Virus record (IMG/VR): IMGVR_UViG_3300030376_001735
Span: 1 to 26,953 of that record
DNA: 26,953 nt
Origin: a virus
Taxonomy: Duplodnaviria > Caudoviricetes
Reading direction: 5' to 3' (one strand)
Part shown: positions 13,801-23,577 of the stretch, one piece after another
Layout: each line of letters starts with the position of its first letter
Numbering within the stretch: position 1 is the stretch's first letter
Notes under the pieces: model-generated
What the model saw: only the letters and a program-made list of their open reading frames with translations
What the model was told of the DNA's origin: nothing
The model's database searches: none
Translations under genes and position numbers: made by a program

Positions 13801-16800
13801 TAGTCGTTGTTTTCGTTTACTGTTATTGTTACTTTGTATGAGTAGTCATTGCTTGCAGATACAGATCCACTACCTAAACCTTGAACGCTAAATTCACTTG
13901 TATCTAAATTAGACAACGTTGTTTGTGTGCCTTGTATATAATTAAACCATTTACCTTCTTTTTCTACAAACTTTAATACATTACCACTTTGTTTGTCAGA
14001 CTCTATAGAATTACTCCACCAACCAGCAACGCTGTTTTTGTTAAAGAAATCATTATCTGTATCAGAGTTACCACTATTATCTTGGAATATTCTAGCTTGA
14101 GTTCCTTCGTAGTTTAATGTCTTATGCTGCTTAATAGAACCAGGAGCATCGTTAAATATAAATTTAATACTTGAATTATATGGATCTCCATAAAAATTAT
14201 TTCTAGTTTCATTATCATGAACCCAAAGATCACCGTGTTTAAATGTATAATATTTATTGTTTAAACTAACACCATCTTCTTGTAAAAAACTTTTTCTACT
14301 AGTCCAACCATTAGTATCTTCTTTAAAAGATATTGTATCATGGTTTAATGTTATATTGTATTCTTTTTTATTAGTATCATAGCTACCTATAACAGTAGTA
14401 GATAATGCTAAGTTTTCTTTAAAGTAATCTTCCATACCATAACGTGATATAGGTTCAAGACCATCAGCAGATAATCTTAAAACTACTCCTCTAGCTTTAT
14501 CTGAAAAATAAGCCCTATAACCATATGTTGTATAAGATTCAGGGTTTTTACTTATACCAAATTCACCAGTGTAAGGATTTGGTGTACCTAATACATTTGA
14601 TGATACTGTAACTTGTTTACTACCATCAGCTGTAAATAATATATCTTTATTGGTAGGTATTTTAAAACATTTGTCTTCACATAAAACATCTAAACCACCG
14701 TGTCTATGTCTCATTAATTGTATTGAACCATAAACAGGGTTTATTTGTTTTGTTATTTTATCCGCTTGTATAAACTGATTAGTGTTGTTAGTTCCACTTA
14801 TAGAATTATAAAGACCAGAGAATATAACGAAATTTGATTTTCTTTCTTCAGCATAAGGTGTTTCTAACACTGTACTAGCTTTTACACCTTTACTTAGTTT
14901 AGCGGCATTAAAGTCATCTCTAACTCTATCAGACTCTACACCATTGGCGAAACTCCAGCAGTTAGAGTAATCTAAAGTTTGTTCGTCACCATGTACTGAT
15001 TTGTTATAAGCTTGATCTGCTTCGTAATATAGATTTAAATCTGTTATATCTTTTGGTTCTGTTTCAAATATAGCTGGATTATCACTTGTGAAACCTTTTT
15101 CGTCACCACCAGCGTATATATCTAAAAACTCTATTTGAGTAGCCGATGCTTTTGATGTATGTCCATTATCTTCTGGTGCCCATTGTATTTGCTTATCTAG
15201 TTTTAAAGTCCATTTAATAATTCTCATACTACCCCATCTACCTATAGCACCATCTTTAAAAGCACCTATATTACTTCTCCTGTATGCTTTTATTTGATAA
15301 ACAGTTTGATCAGGGTCATCAGTAAACCTAAACTTCATATTTGTTGTTTGCATTGAAGTTACTAGGTTTTTATAAGCAGGTCTATGTTGATACTCAAAAT
15401 TATTCCAAGCACCTTGCCAAGCGTCTCTATCTTGATCGTACCACCAGTGGTAAGCTATTTCAATAAAATCATTACCAGATTGAGCTCCAAAACCTCTAAC
15501 ATCATGAGCGTTACTGTGACTTGTAACACCACCTAAACCACCTCTGTATTTATTACCGTTAGTAACTAAAGTACCACCAGCATCTTTATAATGTCTGTAT
15601 ATATTTCTACATAAAAACCACTCTCCGTGATACGTGTCATTTCTTCCTGCTCCACCTGGATAAACACCTTTTTGAGCATTTCTCCAATAATCCTGTGATT
15701 TATCAGGTGCAAAATTATTAGCATATATATGTGTGTTAGCTATAACACTGTAGTCGTCAGAATTTTCATTATTTAAAATAGCTGATTCTAATATACCATC
15801 TCTTTCTATTTTAGCAAAAAATCTACCACCAAATTCAGGTTCTGTTTTAATATTTTTTTGAGCAATCTCTAAAGATAAACTATTATCACTTTGACTATAA
15901 CTACCTATAAAAGAAACATCATCTTCAGCTAATTTATCTTCTAGTTCGATCTCGTAGTAATCATTACTACCAGCTTCAACAAGTTTTAAATTTGCAATAT
16001 CATACCACTTTGTTTTGTTACCCGCTGATAATACTCTAACTAACAAATCAGATTTGTGATGCACGGGTGGTGTATTTTCATTGAAATCATTTTCACCACC
16101 TCCAAAAACTTTTTTCCATTTACTTTTTAATATGTGCATATAAGTTCTATCTGGTTCAGGAAAACCAGTAGATACGAATATATTTTCATTTTGTTCTCCA
16201 GAGTTAGTAGAATTTAAAACACCCTGTGTGACTCTTTCTATCTTTAAAAAATCTGGAGCTTCGTTTTCAATAGCTATTATTTTATATCTAGCTTCATCTT
16301 CAACAAAAGTATCATCGTTGTGTTTCTTCTTTAAAATTAAAAATGTTTCTTCTGATACCTTGTTTCTTTCTGACGAAGGAAAAGCTATCCAGACATTGCC
16401 ATCTTCAGCTGGATAATGTCTATCCATAGCTAAGTTATAATATTCGTCTGAGGATTCTTTTATAAAATATTTATAAGACTCTGCCCAGTATGGTATTGGG
16501 CTAGTTATTTTTACTTTTAAAATATTGTAATTTATAGCAGATAATTTATCTAGTGTAAAAGATCCAGATGTATCTGTAAACACAGGTGTCTCTCTACCGT
16601 ATTTATCTCTATATACAACACCAACTTGATAAGTTCTAAGCGATTTGATAGATGGATATGGTTCTTTTTCTAAAGTTGATACTGAGGGATTTTGAACTAT
16701 AGATACGTCAAACCTAACGCTTATATCATCACCACTAGAATCTTTCATGTCAAAGTTTTCTATATAGTTACCATACATTATTCTATTAGCAGATAATGCT

Positions 16801-18086
16801 TGCGCTTTAGCTTTTCTAGGAACATTATCCCAAGGTCTTAATGCTTGTATTGATGGTAAAACTTTATATATAACATCTGATGTTATTTCTATCTCACCAT
16901 TAGTACCAGCCGTATATTCTTCATCTGTTGATTTTACACTTTGTACTGTATATATGTTATTACTAGCAGTATCTTTATATAGTATATCTATCTCCTTAAC
17001 ACCATGAGGTGCTCCTTCTGTGAAACCACCTATTTTTAAAGATCTAACATTGTTAACCATACCCTTATTATAACCTTTTTTAGGAGCGTAATCAAAGTCA
17101 GACGGTAAAAAAGCTACCTTACTATAAGGTCCTATAGCTGAATACTCATTGTCGTCAAATTTATATCTATATGAAAACCTAGGAAACTTAAATTCAAACA
17201 TAGGTTTTTCTTCTATTAACTCAACTTTCCAATCTTGTAAACCTTCTTCGATGTTTTCTGAAATAACATCAACATTTATTCTAAACGTAGCTGAGTTGCT
17301 ACTAAAAAATTCTTGAGTTATACTAGCTATAATCTCAGCATCATCACTACCACTTAATAGAGTTAAACGTAACTTATCACCAACTTCAAAATTTGGTGTA
17401 GTTGAAAACGTAACAGTACCATAATCACCAGTGCTTATAGCATCGAAAGGATCTGTTGTCTCTGTAAATCTTTTTTGCAATAATGTAGTTTCAACAATAC
17501 CAGTTCTTTTAGATGCTGACATTGCTATGCTTGGCGGTTTTATTGGAGCTTTCTTTATAACCGTTATTTGATCTTCTGTGAAGTTAGCGCCACTTATTTG
17601 AGTGTGTGTATAATTACTATTAGAGCTATTATAAGCTTTCCAAGTTTTTATATTTATTTTCTTTGGCTCTGTTTGATCGTCTGTCCAGAATAATAAATCA
17701 TCTATTATGTTTATACCAGTTATCAAAAACGTTGCGTTAAAACCTAAAACACCTGTAGTGTCTACTAATATAGGTGAAACAACGTTTAATGTTTGATCAT
17801 ATTCTAGTATTAAAGACTTAGTGTCACTAGCAACAAACCAGTATATCATCTCTGTTTTAGTGTTTGAATAAACACCGATACAAGTAGGGTTAGTACCTAG
17901 ATTAGACAAAGCGTTACCATATGGTCTTCTATTACCTAATATATTTTGCACAGCACCAACGTCACTAGCTTCAGAACTAGACACTTGTATGTTTAATGCA
18001 TCTCTATATTTACCATTAGGAACTATTCTTTCGTCGAGGTCCTTGTTCATAGCACCTCCACCAAATTGTCTCTTTATTTCTGGCAT
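13800..18086 (-). CDS. Tail nozzle/muzzle (stabilisation protein, P22 gp10/crAss-like), 1428 aa
   Basis: N-terminal FGGGAMNKDLDER..P.G.YRDALN, beta-propeller-like segments (GINIIDDLLFWTD, YFSDKARGVVLRLS.DGL..IS), the YQVGVVYRDKYGRETPV motif and C-terminal EKEGKWF, recalled from crAss-like tail stabilisation proteins. Position after the ring genes fits. Confidence 0.75.
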   Translation of the reverse strand: MPEIKRQFGGGAMNKDLDERIVPNGKYRDALNIQVSSSEASDVGAVQNILGNRRPYGNALSNLGTNPTCIGVYSNTKTEMIYWFVASDTKSLILEYDQTLNVVSPILVDTTGVLGFNATFLITGINIIDDLLFWTDDQTEPKKINIKTWKAYNSSNSNYTHTQISGANFTEDQITVIKKAPIKPPSIAMSASKRTGIVETTLLQKRFTETTDPFDAISTGDYGTVTFSTTPNFEVGDKLRLTLLSGSDDAEIIASITQEFFSSNSATFRINVDVISENIEEGLQDWKVELIEEKPMFEFKFPRFSYRYKFDDNEYSAIGPYSKVAFLPSDFDYAPKKGYNKGMVNNVRSLKIGGFTEGAPHGVKEIDILYKDTASNNIYTVQSVKSTDEEYTAGTNGEIEITSDVIYKVLPSIQALRPWDNVPRKAKAQALSANRIMYGNYIENFDMKDSSGDDISVRFDVSIVQNPSVSTLEKEPYPSIKSLRTYQVGVVYRDKYGRETPVFTDTSGSFTLDKLSAINYNILKVKITSPIPYWAESYKYFIKESSDEYYNLAMDRHYPAEDGNVWIAFPSSERNKVSEETFLILKKKHNDDTFVEDEARYKIIAIENEAPDFLKIERVTQGVLNSTNSGEQNENIFVSTGFPEPDRTYMHILKSKWKKVFGGGENDFNENTPPVHHKSDLLVRVLSAGNKTKWYDIANLKLVEAGSNDYYEIELEDKLAEDDVSFIGSYSQSDNSLSLEIAQKNIKTEPEFGGRFFAKIERDGILESAILNNENSDDYSVIANTHIYANNFAPDKSQDYWRNAQKGVYPGGAGRNDTYHGEWFLCRNIYRHYKDAGGTLVTNGNKYRGGLGGVTSHSNAHDVRGFGAQSGNDFIEIAYHWWYDQDRDAWQGAWNNFEYQHRPAYKNLVTSMQTTNMKFRFTDDPDQTVYQIKAYRRSNIGAFKDGAIGRWGSMRIIKWTLKLDKQIQWAPEDNGHTSKASATQIEFLDIYAGGDEKGFTSDNPAIFETEPKDITDLNLYYEADQAYNKSVHGDEQTLDYSNCWSFANGVESDRVRDDFNAAKLSKGVKASTVLETPYAEERKSNFVIFSGLYNSISGTNNTNQFIQADKITKQINPVYGSIQLMRHRHGGLDVLCEDKCFKIPTNKDILFTADGSKQVTVSSNVLGTPNPYTGEFGISKNPESYTTYGYRAYFSDKARGVVLRLSADGLEPISRYGMEDYFKENLALSTTVIGSYDTNKKEYNITLNHDTISFKEDTNGWTSRKSFLQEDGVSLNNKYYTFKHGDLWVHDNETRNNFYGDPYNSSIKFIFNDAPGSIKQHKTLNYEGTQARIFQDNSGNSDTDNDFFNKNSVAGWWSNSIESDKQSGNVLKFVEKEGKWFNYIQGTQTTLSNLDTSEFSVQGLGSGSVSASNDYSYKVTITVNENND

Positions 18087-18087
18087 A

Positions 18088-19179
18088 CTAATGTTTTATT
18101 ATTTTTGATTTGTTTTTCATTATTAAGTTAAGCTCTTCTGCTTTTAGATTAGATAATCTTAACTTAGCTTTTCTTGCCGCGGCAAATCTTTCTTTTTTAA
18201 ATCTAGCTATTATATATTCCGGTGTGTTTACTCTAGATGATAATATACCATGTGCAACCCATTTGTAAACCGCTTCTTCAGCAAACTTATGTACTCTTAT
18301 TTCTTCTTCAGTACCTAAGCTATCACTTATGTATTTTAAAGTTACTGTCTTACCACTTATTCCAGAGCTAAAATATATCATACCTCTAGAATTATCTATG
18401 AAATATAAACCATTAAATTGAGCATTTTCTGGCATTAAACCATATCTTCTACCCTCTGCCAACGTAGCATCAACATCAGGACCAGTAACGTTTTCAACAG
18501 TGTTATCTGAATTAGCTGAGTTTCTAAAATCAGTCCAAGTGTTAGAATCAAGAGCTTCTAATAAAGTTTGGTCCTCATTAAAAGTATAATCATAATCACC
18601 ATCTTGTAATATAGCTAGGGGGTTACTAGTTTTTCTAGCAGGGTATAAAACTCTTTCAATACCAGCGTTATCTTTCCATGTTAACTTGACATAATTAACA
18701 TAATCATGAGGTAGTCTCATTGTTAGCGACGGTGGTATTTCTATTTCTTGAGATTTTTCTGATCTCAATGTATCATAACTTAATTCAGCAATAGCTCTTT
18801 GTACGTGAAATGATATTTCAGGTATTTTTACTTTTCTTATAACTTTACCTTCACCAACATAATTAACTTGAAAGTTAGCTATTATATCATCTATACCTAT
18901 GTATTGATAATTACCAAGTTGCTCGTTTTGATCAGCTACTTGCCTAACAGTAACTTGAGTACCATTAGCTAAAGCAGATCCCATTGTTATAACACCGTTA
19001 GAAGCATTGTAAGCATATAAGTTAGCCGCTATTTCATTACCACCAACAAACACAGCTATTTGAGCCTCCGCTGTAGGTAATGGACTAAATGTTAAAGGCG
19101 GTAATGCCGCGTTGCCATTACTAACTAAAATCTGACTATTGTCGTAATATTGTTGTTGTGTTATATTAAATAATGGCAT
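18088..19179 (-). CDS. Tail ring/tubular (adaptor) protein with N-terminal small beta-sandwich (363 aa)
   Basis: Helix followed by LPHDYVNYVKL and C-terminal VTLKYISD...VHKFAEEAVYKW, typical of podoviral tail-tubular/ring proteins. Synteny fits. Confidence 0.65.
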   Translation of the reverse strand: MPLFNITQQQYYDNSQILVSNGNAALPPLTFSPLPTAEAQIAVFVGGNEIAANLYAYNASNGVITMGSALANGTQVTVRQVADQNEQLGNYQYIGIDDIIANFQVNYVGEGKVIRKVKIPEISFHVQRAIAELSYDTLRSEKSQEIEIPPSLTMRLPHDYVNYVKLTWKDNAGIERVLYPARKTSNPLAILQDGDYDYTFNEDQTLLEALDSNTWTDFRNSANSDNTVENVTGPDVDATLAEGRRYGLMPENAQFNGLYFIDNSRGMIYFSSGISGKTVTLKYISDSLGTEEEIRVHKFAEEAVYKWVAHGILSSRVNTPEYIIARFKKERFAAARKAKLRLSNLKAEELNLIMKNKSKIIKH

Positions 19180-19182
19180 AGC

Positions 19183-19920
19183 TTATTGTTTTTCTTGTTG
19201 TATTTGTTTTAGTTCTTCTTGAGCAGCTTGTTGATAAAACATAGGATCTTTTATAACAATACCAGCTAGTCCGCATATTTTAAATACTAAATCAGTTTCT
19301 TCTGATTCGTGTACTTCAAAGTGAGTTGTGTAAGTAGCCGCTGGATTGTATAAAGGTTTATCATTAACAATGGTATAACCCCATCTAGCTGTACTAGGTC
19401 TTGCTATGTAATTGCAGTAAACAGTTGATGTGATTGTTATAGGAAATATTTGTATTCTTTGCTCCCTGTTTTGTTGATTATCACCAGCATTTGAAAACCT
19501 AACATATATAGGTCTTGTCAACGTTGGAGCTGTTAATGGTGATCTTAAGTAAGTGTGGTGTTCGTTTTGCTCTACGTTTTCTATTTCGTAATACTGACCA
19601 GCTTTTTTATAATATAAAGCTCCCATACGATAGTAATCAGGTAGTATACCTACTCCGTCACCATCGCTCATATCTACTGTAGCTCTAAACTTTTCAAAGT
19701 GATCTATTTTTTCTTGTAAAATATCTACAGTGTCAGCGTATATCGTTTCATTTATGCTTTGTACTCTATGATATTGATTTAAATCATAAAAGTATTGCTC
19801 AAATATATCCATCTGAGCTTGATTAGCAAGTATATTAAACTCCTGTGGAGTTATATATCCTCGTTGCTCTTTATTAGCAATGGTTAATACTCTTTGATAT
19901 ACTGTATTTATATTGACCAT
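19183..19920 (-). CDS. Head-tail adaptor/ring protein (probably 245 aa, start revised to ATG 19920)
   Basis: NKEQRGYITPQEFN..ANQAQ..F, LPDYY and YIARP..ARWGY motifs. The track's GTG start at 19947 lies inside a hairpin, whereas ATG 19920 follows AAAAACAAAAAT. Confidence 0.7.
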   Translation of the reverse strand: MVNINTVYQRVLTIANKEQRGYITPQEFNILANQAQMDIFEQYFYDLNQYHRVQSINETIYADTVDILQEKIDHFEKFRATVDMSDGDGVGILPDYYRMGALYYKKAGQYYEIENVEQNEHHTYLRSPLTAPTLTRPIYVRFSNAGDNQQNREQRIQIFPITITSTVYCNYIARPSTARWGYTIVNDKPLYNPAATYTTHFEVHESEETDLVFKICGLAGIVIKDPMFYQQAAQEELKQIQQEKQ

Positions 19921-19930
19921 ATTTTTGTTT

Positions 19931-19972
19931 TTTATAGTAGTAGTCACCCGTATAGAGTGACTACCCTATAAA
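19931..19972 (-). promoter_or_regulatory. Intergenic RNA stem-loop (no U-tract)
   Basis: Minus strand TTTATAG-GG-TAGTCACTC-TATAC-GGGTGACTA-CTA-CTATAAA. The 10-bp inner stem includes a G-U pair that works only on the minus strand, and there is a 7-bp outer stem. Confidence 0.7.
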
Positions 19973-19979
19973 GTGATTA

Positions 19980-20711
19980 TTAATTTAATCTTTTTTCAAT
20001 TGTTTTTAGAACAGCCATACCTTCATCAGTTTTAAACCAAGCGGCTAGCGCTGAATAAGGGTGCTCTTCATGAGGAACTTCAAATAGTTTTCTACCGTTT
20101 GACGCCCATTTAAATGTTCTTTGATCATCTGTTAATAATAATATTTTAGCTTCAGTAGCTTTAATACCTATGTTTCTCAACATAATATTATCATCTTGAA
20201 CTAAACTTAAAAACAGTTTAGGATTTCTTTCAGCCATTACAATAAGATCTCTTCTAATTTCTTTAGTAGTCATCTTACTAACTTCACTACCAATTTCAAC
20301 TCTTAATATAGCTTCAGCTTGATCTATTTCCATTTCTTTAGCATATTTCATAGATTCTACTTTAAACTCTAAGTAATCTAATTCATCTTCTGCTATTTCA
20401 ACTTTGTTATGTTCTTTAAATAACTTACCATTTAATGGGTGTTTTTCTAAGAACTTTATTAAGTTTTGTTGTTTACCTTCAACATATAGTTTACCGTTTC
20501 TAAAAGCAATATGTCCTAAAGTTGCAGGACCTACTTGTTCATCAACGAATGGTGACCTTTGGTTTGTAGCATATCTTAATTCTCTATTGTAACCTTTTTC
20601 TTCGTCAAACCACATTAAAGGATTTTTTCTAGTATGTCTTGATGGTATTTTATTCAATATTGGTTGATGTCTACCTATCAGTTCATACAATTTATCTTTG
20701 TATTTTTCCAT
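19980..20711 (-). CDS. Phage protein of unknown function downstream of the major capsid gene (243 aa)
   Basis: Full ORF, co-oriented, with an AT-rich start context. No catalytic motif recognised. Confidence 0.7.
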   Translation of the reverse strand: MEKYKDKLYELIGRHQPILNKIPSRHTRKNPLMWFDEEKGYNRELRYATNQRSPFVDEQVGPATLGHIAFRNGKLYVEGKQQNLIKFLEKHPLNGKLFKEHNKVEIAEDELDYLEFKVESMKYAKEMEIDQAEAILRVEIGSEVSKMTTKEIRRDLIVMAERNPKLFLSLVQDDNIMLRNIGIKATEAKILLLTDDQRTFKWASNGRKLFEVPHEEHPYSALAAWFKTDEGMAVLKTIEKRLN

Positions 20712-20736
20712 GATATAATATAATTAAAAAGTTTGT

Positions 20737-20785
20737 AAAAAAATAAAGAGGAGGGGCGATACGTATACCGCCCTCTCAACTTTAT
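20737..20785 (-). terminator. Intrinsic terminator after the major capsid gene
   Basis: Minus strand GAGAGGGCGGTA-TACG-TATCGCCCCTC (GC-rich stem, UACG loop) followed by CTCTTTATTTTTTT, starting ~20 nt after the capsid stop. Confidence 0.8.
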
Positions 20786-20802
20786 ATAATAATTGTTAGC
20801 AA

Positions 20803-22305
20803 TTAGCTCTTAAATAATACGAAGTTGTTTGCTGCTTGAACGCATAAACATCTTTCAGATAAGAAGTTAACTACCATCTCATCAGCGTCAGAAGTATAGT
20901 TTCCACCAACAGATCCAGTGATCCATGATTTCATTTTTCTATCATCAGCTTCAGAAGATCTATATCTAACATGTAAGAATGGTCTAGAGATATTTTTACC
21001 CATAGATTGGTCATACACAGTAGATGTACCAGCTGGTACTAAAAGACCTTGAATATCAGTCAAGTTTCCTCTAGTAGTTGAATCATTTAAGTATTTCCAG
21101 TCAGATTTGTAGAAGTCATAAGAACCTCTTCTGAAACCAGAGAAACCTAAATTTAACGCCATATCTTCTGCGTTGTTGAATACTCCATAAGAAGCACCAC
21201 CAGCAACGTGTGAATTTACAGACGCTAACATGTTATCAATTTCTAAAGAAGTGTTTCTATCTAAGAACATCATGTTCTCTTCAATAGCACCTTGCTTGTC
21301 TAATTCATTAAGAATAGTATCGAACTCACTTAAACCAGCATTTGCAATGTACGTACCACCTGAAACACCAGCGGCGCTATAGTTAGTTTGTACGTCAAAA
21401 TCAGTTCCAGTAAATACTAAACCTCTTGATTCAACAGCCGCAAAAAGACCTTCAGAACCTTGAACCCCAGCAATAGTAGATGTAGAAGCTACTTGTTCAG
21501 CTTCTAACATAGACATTTCTAGGTAGTCTTCAAATCTTAATCTAGCTTCGTGTTCGGATTTCATGTACCATAAGTAACCAGAAGCTCCGTTTTCAGTTGT
21601 AACTTCAACCCAACCGATCTGTGCAGTGTCAGAACCATTAACTTGGTATCTGTCTCTTAAGATGATTGGTCTATTGCTAAACTGAGTAAACCCAGCGTCT
21701 ATACTACCAACGATTCCTGAAGAACCTTTTGGATATTCATTACCATATACAAATACTTTAATATCATCACCATCTTGGAAAAGAGTGTCTCCGATATTAG
21801 CTTGAGTATAAGGTAAAGCAACTAAACCACTAGCAGGAGCAGCTTGACCACCAACAGAAGCTCCGTTGATAGCACCAACTCTACACTTTAAAGTGTTTCC
21901 TAATCTAGCAGATTCGTTGTTTACAATGATAATTGTATCGAATGCTTGTACTAAGTGACCAGCAGGTAACGTAATTGTGTTAACTCCAGCGTCAGCTATT
22001 TGTACAGTGTTAGCTCCAGATTCTAATGAATCATAAGCGATGTGTAATCTTCCTTGTTCAGACCAAATAACTTGATCAGAAGCAAGAGGCATTTCAGCTC
22101 CTACCATTTTAAGGAAACCAGATACAGTTCTTTTTCCGTATCTTTCTACTTCCTTTTCATAAATTTCTGGTAAAAATTGTTGTGCGAATGTTCCACCGCC
22201 AGATGCAGAATCGAAGCTCAAATAATTGTCTCCCCACAACGTTTGAGTTGGGCGAGGTGTCAAGTGCTGTAATTCAGCACCTTGAGCGGGATTAATAAAA
22301 GGCAT
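20803..22305 (-). CDS. Major capsid protein (HK97 fold, crAss-related type), 500 aa
   Basis: Follows portal and scaffold and precedes a strong terminator. Size fits, as do recalled motifs (WSEQGRLH, N...I.RD.Y.V.GSD, G.EGLF..V.SRG, C-terminal FLSERCLCVQAANNF). Confidence 0.85.
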   Translation of the reverse strand: MPFINPAQGAELQHLTPRPTQTLWGDNYLSFDSASGGGTFAQQFLPEIYEKEVERYGKRTVSGFLKMVGAEMPLASDQVIWSEQGRLHIAYDSLESGANTVQIADAGVNTITLPAGHLVQAFDTIIIVNNESARLGNTLKCRVGAINGASVGGQAAPASGLVALPYTQANIGDTLFQDGDDIKVFVYGNEYPKGSSGIVGSIDAGFTQFSNRPIILRDRYQVNGSDTAQIGWVEVTTENGASGYLWYMKSEHEARLRFEDYLEMSMLEAEQVASTSTIAGVQGSEGLFAAVESRGLVFTGTDFDVQTNYSAAGVSGGTYIANAGLSEFDTILNELDKQGAIEENMMFLDRNTSLEIDNMLASVNSHVAGGASYGVFNNAEDMALNLGFSGFRRGSYDFYKSDWKYLNDSTTRGNLTDIQGLLVPAGTSTVYDQSMGKNISRPFLHVRYRSSEADDRKMKSWITGSVGGNYTSDADEMVVNFLSERCLCVQAANNFVLFKS

Positions 22306-22324
22306 AATTTTTAATTTTTAATGT

Positions 22325-23551
22325 TTAACTTATTTTATTTGTGTTTCTGTTAAACCGAACTTTGAAATCGTTAGATGAATTACCAGACACAGCTCTAACT
22401 TTCACGCCACCAGACTGTATAACATTTCCATGTGTTTGGTTAGGTGACATATCAACATTTTTAGCTTTAGCCATACTATCCTTGATAGCATCTGCTTTAC
22501 CTTGTTGATAGAAATGATTAGCAACTAAATCAGGATTCATAGCTGTGAATAAAGATTTATGATAACCTTTAGCATCTTCAACTTGTTGTGTTTTACTATC
22601 AGTAAATTTATTAACAAAGTTTGTTAGATCCATTTGGTTATTTTTAACCTTATCAGCCTCTCTAATGTTAAGTCTAAATCTTTTTTCTCCAACTCTATAT
22701 TCAAAACCTTTGAATTCGTTGTTAAAAACTTCATTTGTTTTCTTTTGAAAAATTGATTTATTCTTTTCAATAGCCTTAGCGTCTTCATTGTATCGATTAA
22801 AGAAGTCAATAGCTTTTTGTTGTTCAGGCGCTAACCTGTTTCCAGCTTTAACTTCAGCATAATATTTGGACTTTTGCCCGTCCAAGTGGCTTTTGGCATT
22901 CGCAACTTGCTCTTTTAATGCCAATTTTTTTCTTTTAATATCTTTTGGGTCGTCAACCTCTTCATCATAAGAATAAAGATCTTCCATAACGAATAATCTT
23001 TCTTCATCTGTTAAGTGAGGTTTTGTTTGTTTAAAGTACTCGTTAAGTAAATCATTATCACCCATACCTGAATAATCTTGATTTAATCTAACGTAATCAT
23101 TTAAACTACCACCGGTTTCGTTCATAAACTCAACTACCTTTTGTATATTTTCAGGCAGTGGTTCACCAGTATCTTGAGCTTCAGCTACAGCTTCTTCAAC
23201 TTCTTCTTGAAGCTCTTCAGTTTTTTCTTCTATTTCTATTTCAGTAATCTCTTCAACAACAGGTGTATCTTCTACCTCTGTTTCTGTTTCAGGAGTAACC
23301 TCTTCTTTAACCTCTTGTACAGGTTCTTCTTTTGGTTCTTCTTCTTTATTAGATAAATCTACTTTAGCTACATCAGTATCTTGTTTTTTATCAACTTTAG
23401 CCCATTTATCTAAATCTACTTTAATAGTTCCATCATCTTTAACCTCATTTGGATTTGAGGGTTCTTCAACCTTTTGTTCTTCAACAACAGGCTGTTCTTG
23501 TACTTGTTCAACGATTTCTTCAACCGCCTCAGCTTTCTTTTTTTTAGCCAT
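22325..23551 (-). CDS. Putative capsid scaffolding protein (408 aa)
   Basis: Lies between portal and capsid. Very acidic low-complexity E/V/P/K N-terminal ~130 aa followed by a helical/coiled-coil region. Confidence 0.6.
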   Translation of the reverse strand: MAKKKKAEAVEEIVEQVQEQPVVEEQKVEEPSNPNEVKDDGTIKVDLDKWAKVDKKQDTDVAKVDLSNKEEEPKEEPVQEVKEEVTPETETEVEDTPVVEEITEIEIEEKTEELQEEVEEAVAEAQDTGEPLPENIQKVVEFMNETGGSLNDYVRLNQDYSGMGDNDLLNEYFKQTKPHLTDEERLFVMEDLYSYDEEVDDPKDIKRKKLALKEQVANAKSHLDGQKSKYYAEVKAGNRLAPEQQKAIDFFNRYNEDAKAIEKNKSIFQKKTNEVFNNEFKGFEYRVGEKRFRLNIREADKVKNNQMDLTNFVNKFTDSKTQQVEDAKGYHKSLFTAMNPDLVANHFYQQGKADAIKDSMAKAKNVDMSPNQTHGNVIQSGGVKVRAVSGNSSNDFKVRFNRNTNKIS

Positions 23552-23577
23552 AATATAATATTATAAAATTAAACAAA

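Noticed and set aside
18086-18090. Stop-codon reassignment (known in some crAss-like phages) or read-through at the TAG ending the 363-aa gene
   Set aside because: All long genes are intact under code 11. The TAG is followed 1 nt later by the next gene's ATG in another frame, and read-through meets TAA within ~25 codons.
19921-19947. GTG start at 19947 for the adaptor gene
   Set aside because: It is sequestered in the hairpin stem. ATG 19920 has the A-rich context seen at other genes.
20786-20820. Programmed frameshift or read-through extension of the major capsid protein
   Set aside because: No canonical slippery heptamer at the end of the gene, and a terminator follows within ~20 nt.
542-23356. 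Short plus-strand ORFs in the track (542, 1225, 1804, 2515, 4825, 12314, 13694, 16228, 20404, 23141) and nested minus ORFs (11181, 22624)
   Set aside because: All lie almost wholly within long minus-strand genes and have antisense- or alternate-frame-shadow composition, with no independent evidence of being genes.
23141-23551. Repetitive ttcttc/aac-rich DNA (and the gcttg repeats at 23920..23980) as a repeat array or CRISPR
   Set aside because: Explained by Glu/Val/Lys-rich and Gln/Ala-rich coding sequence. There are no constant-length repeats with unique spacers.
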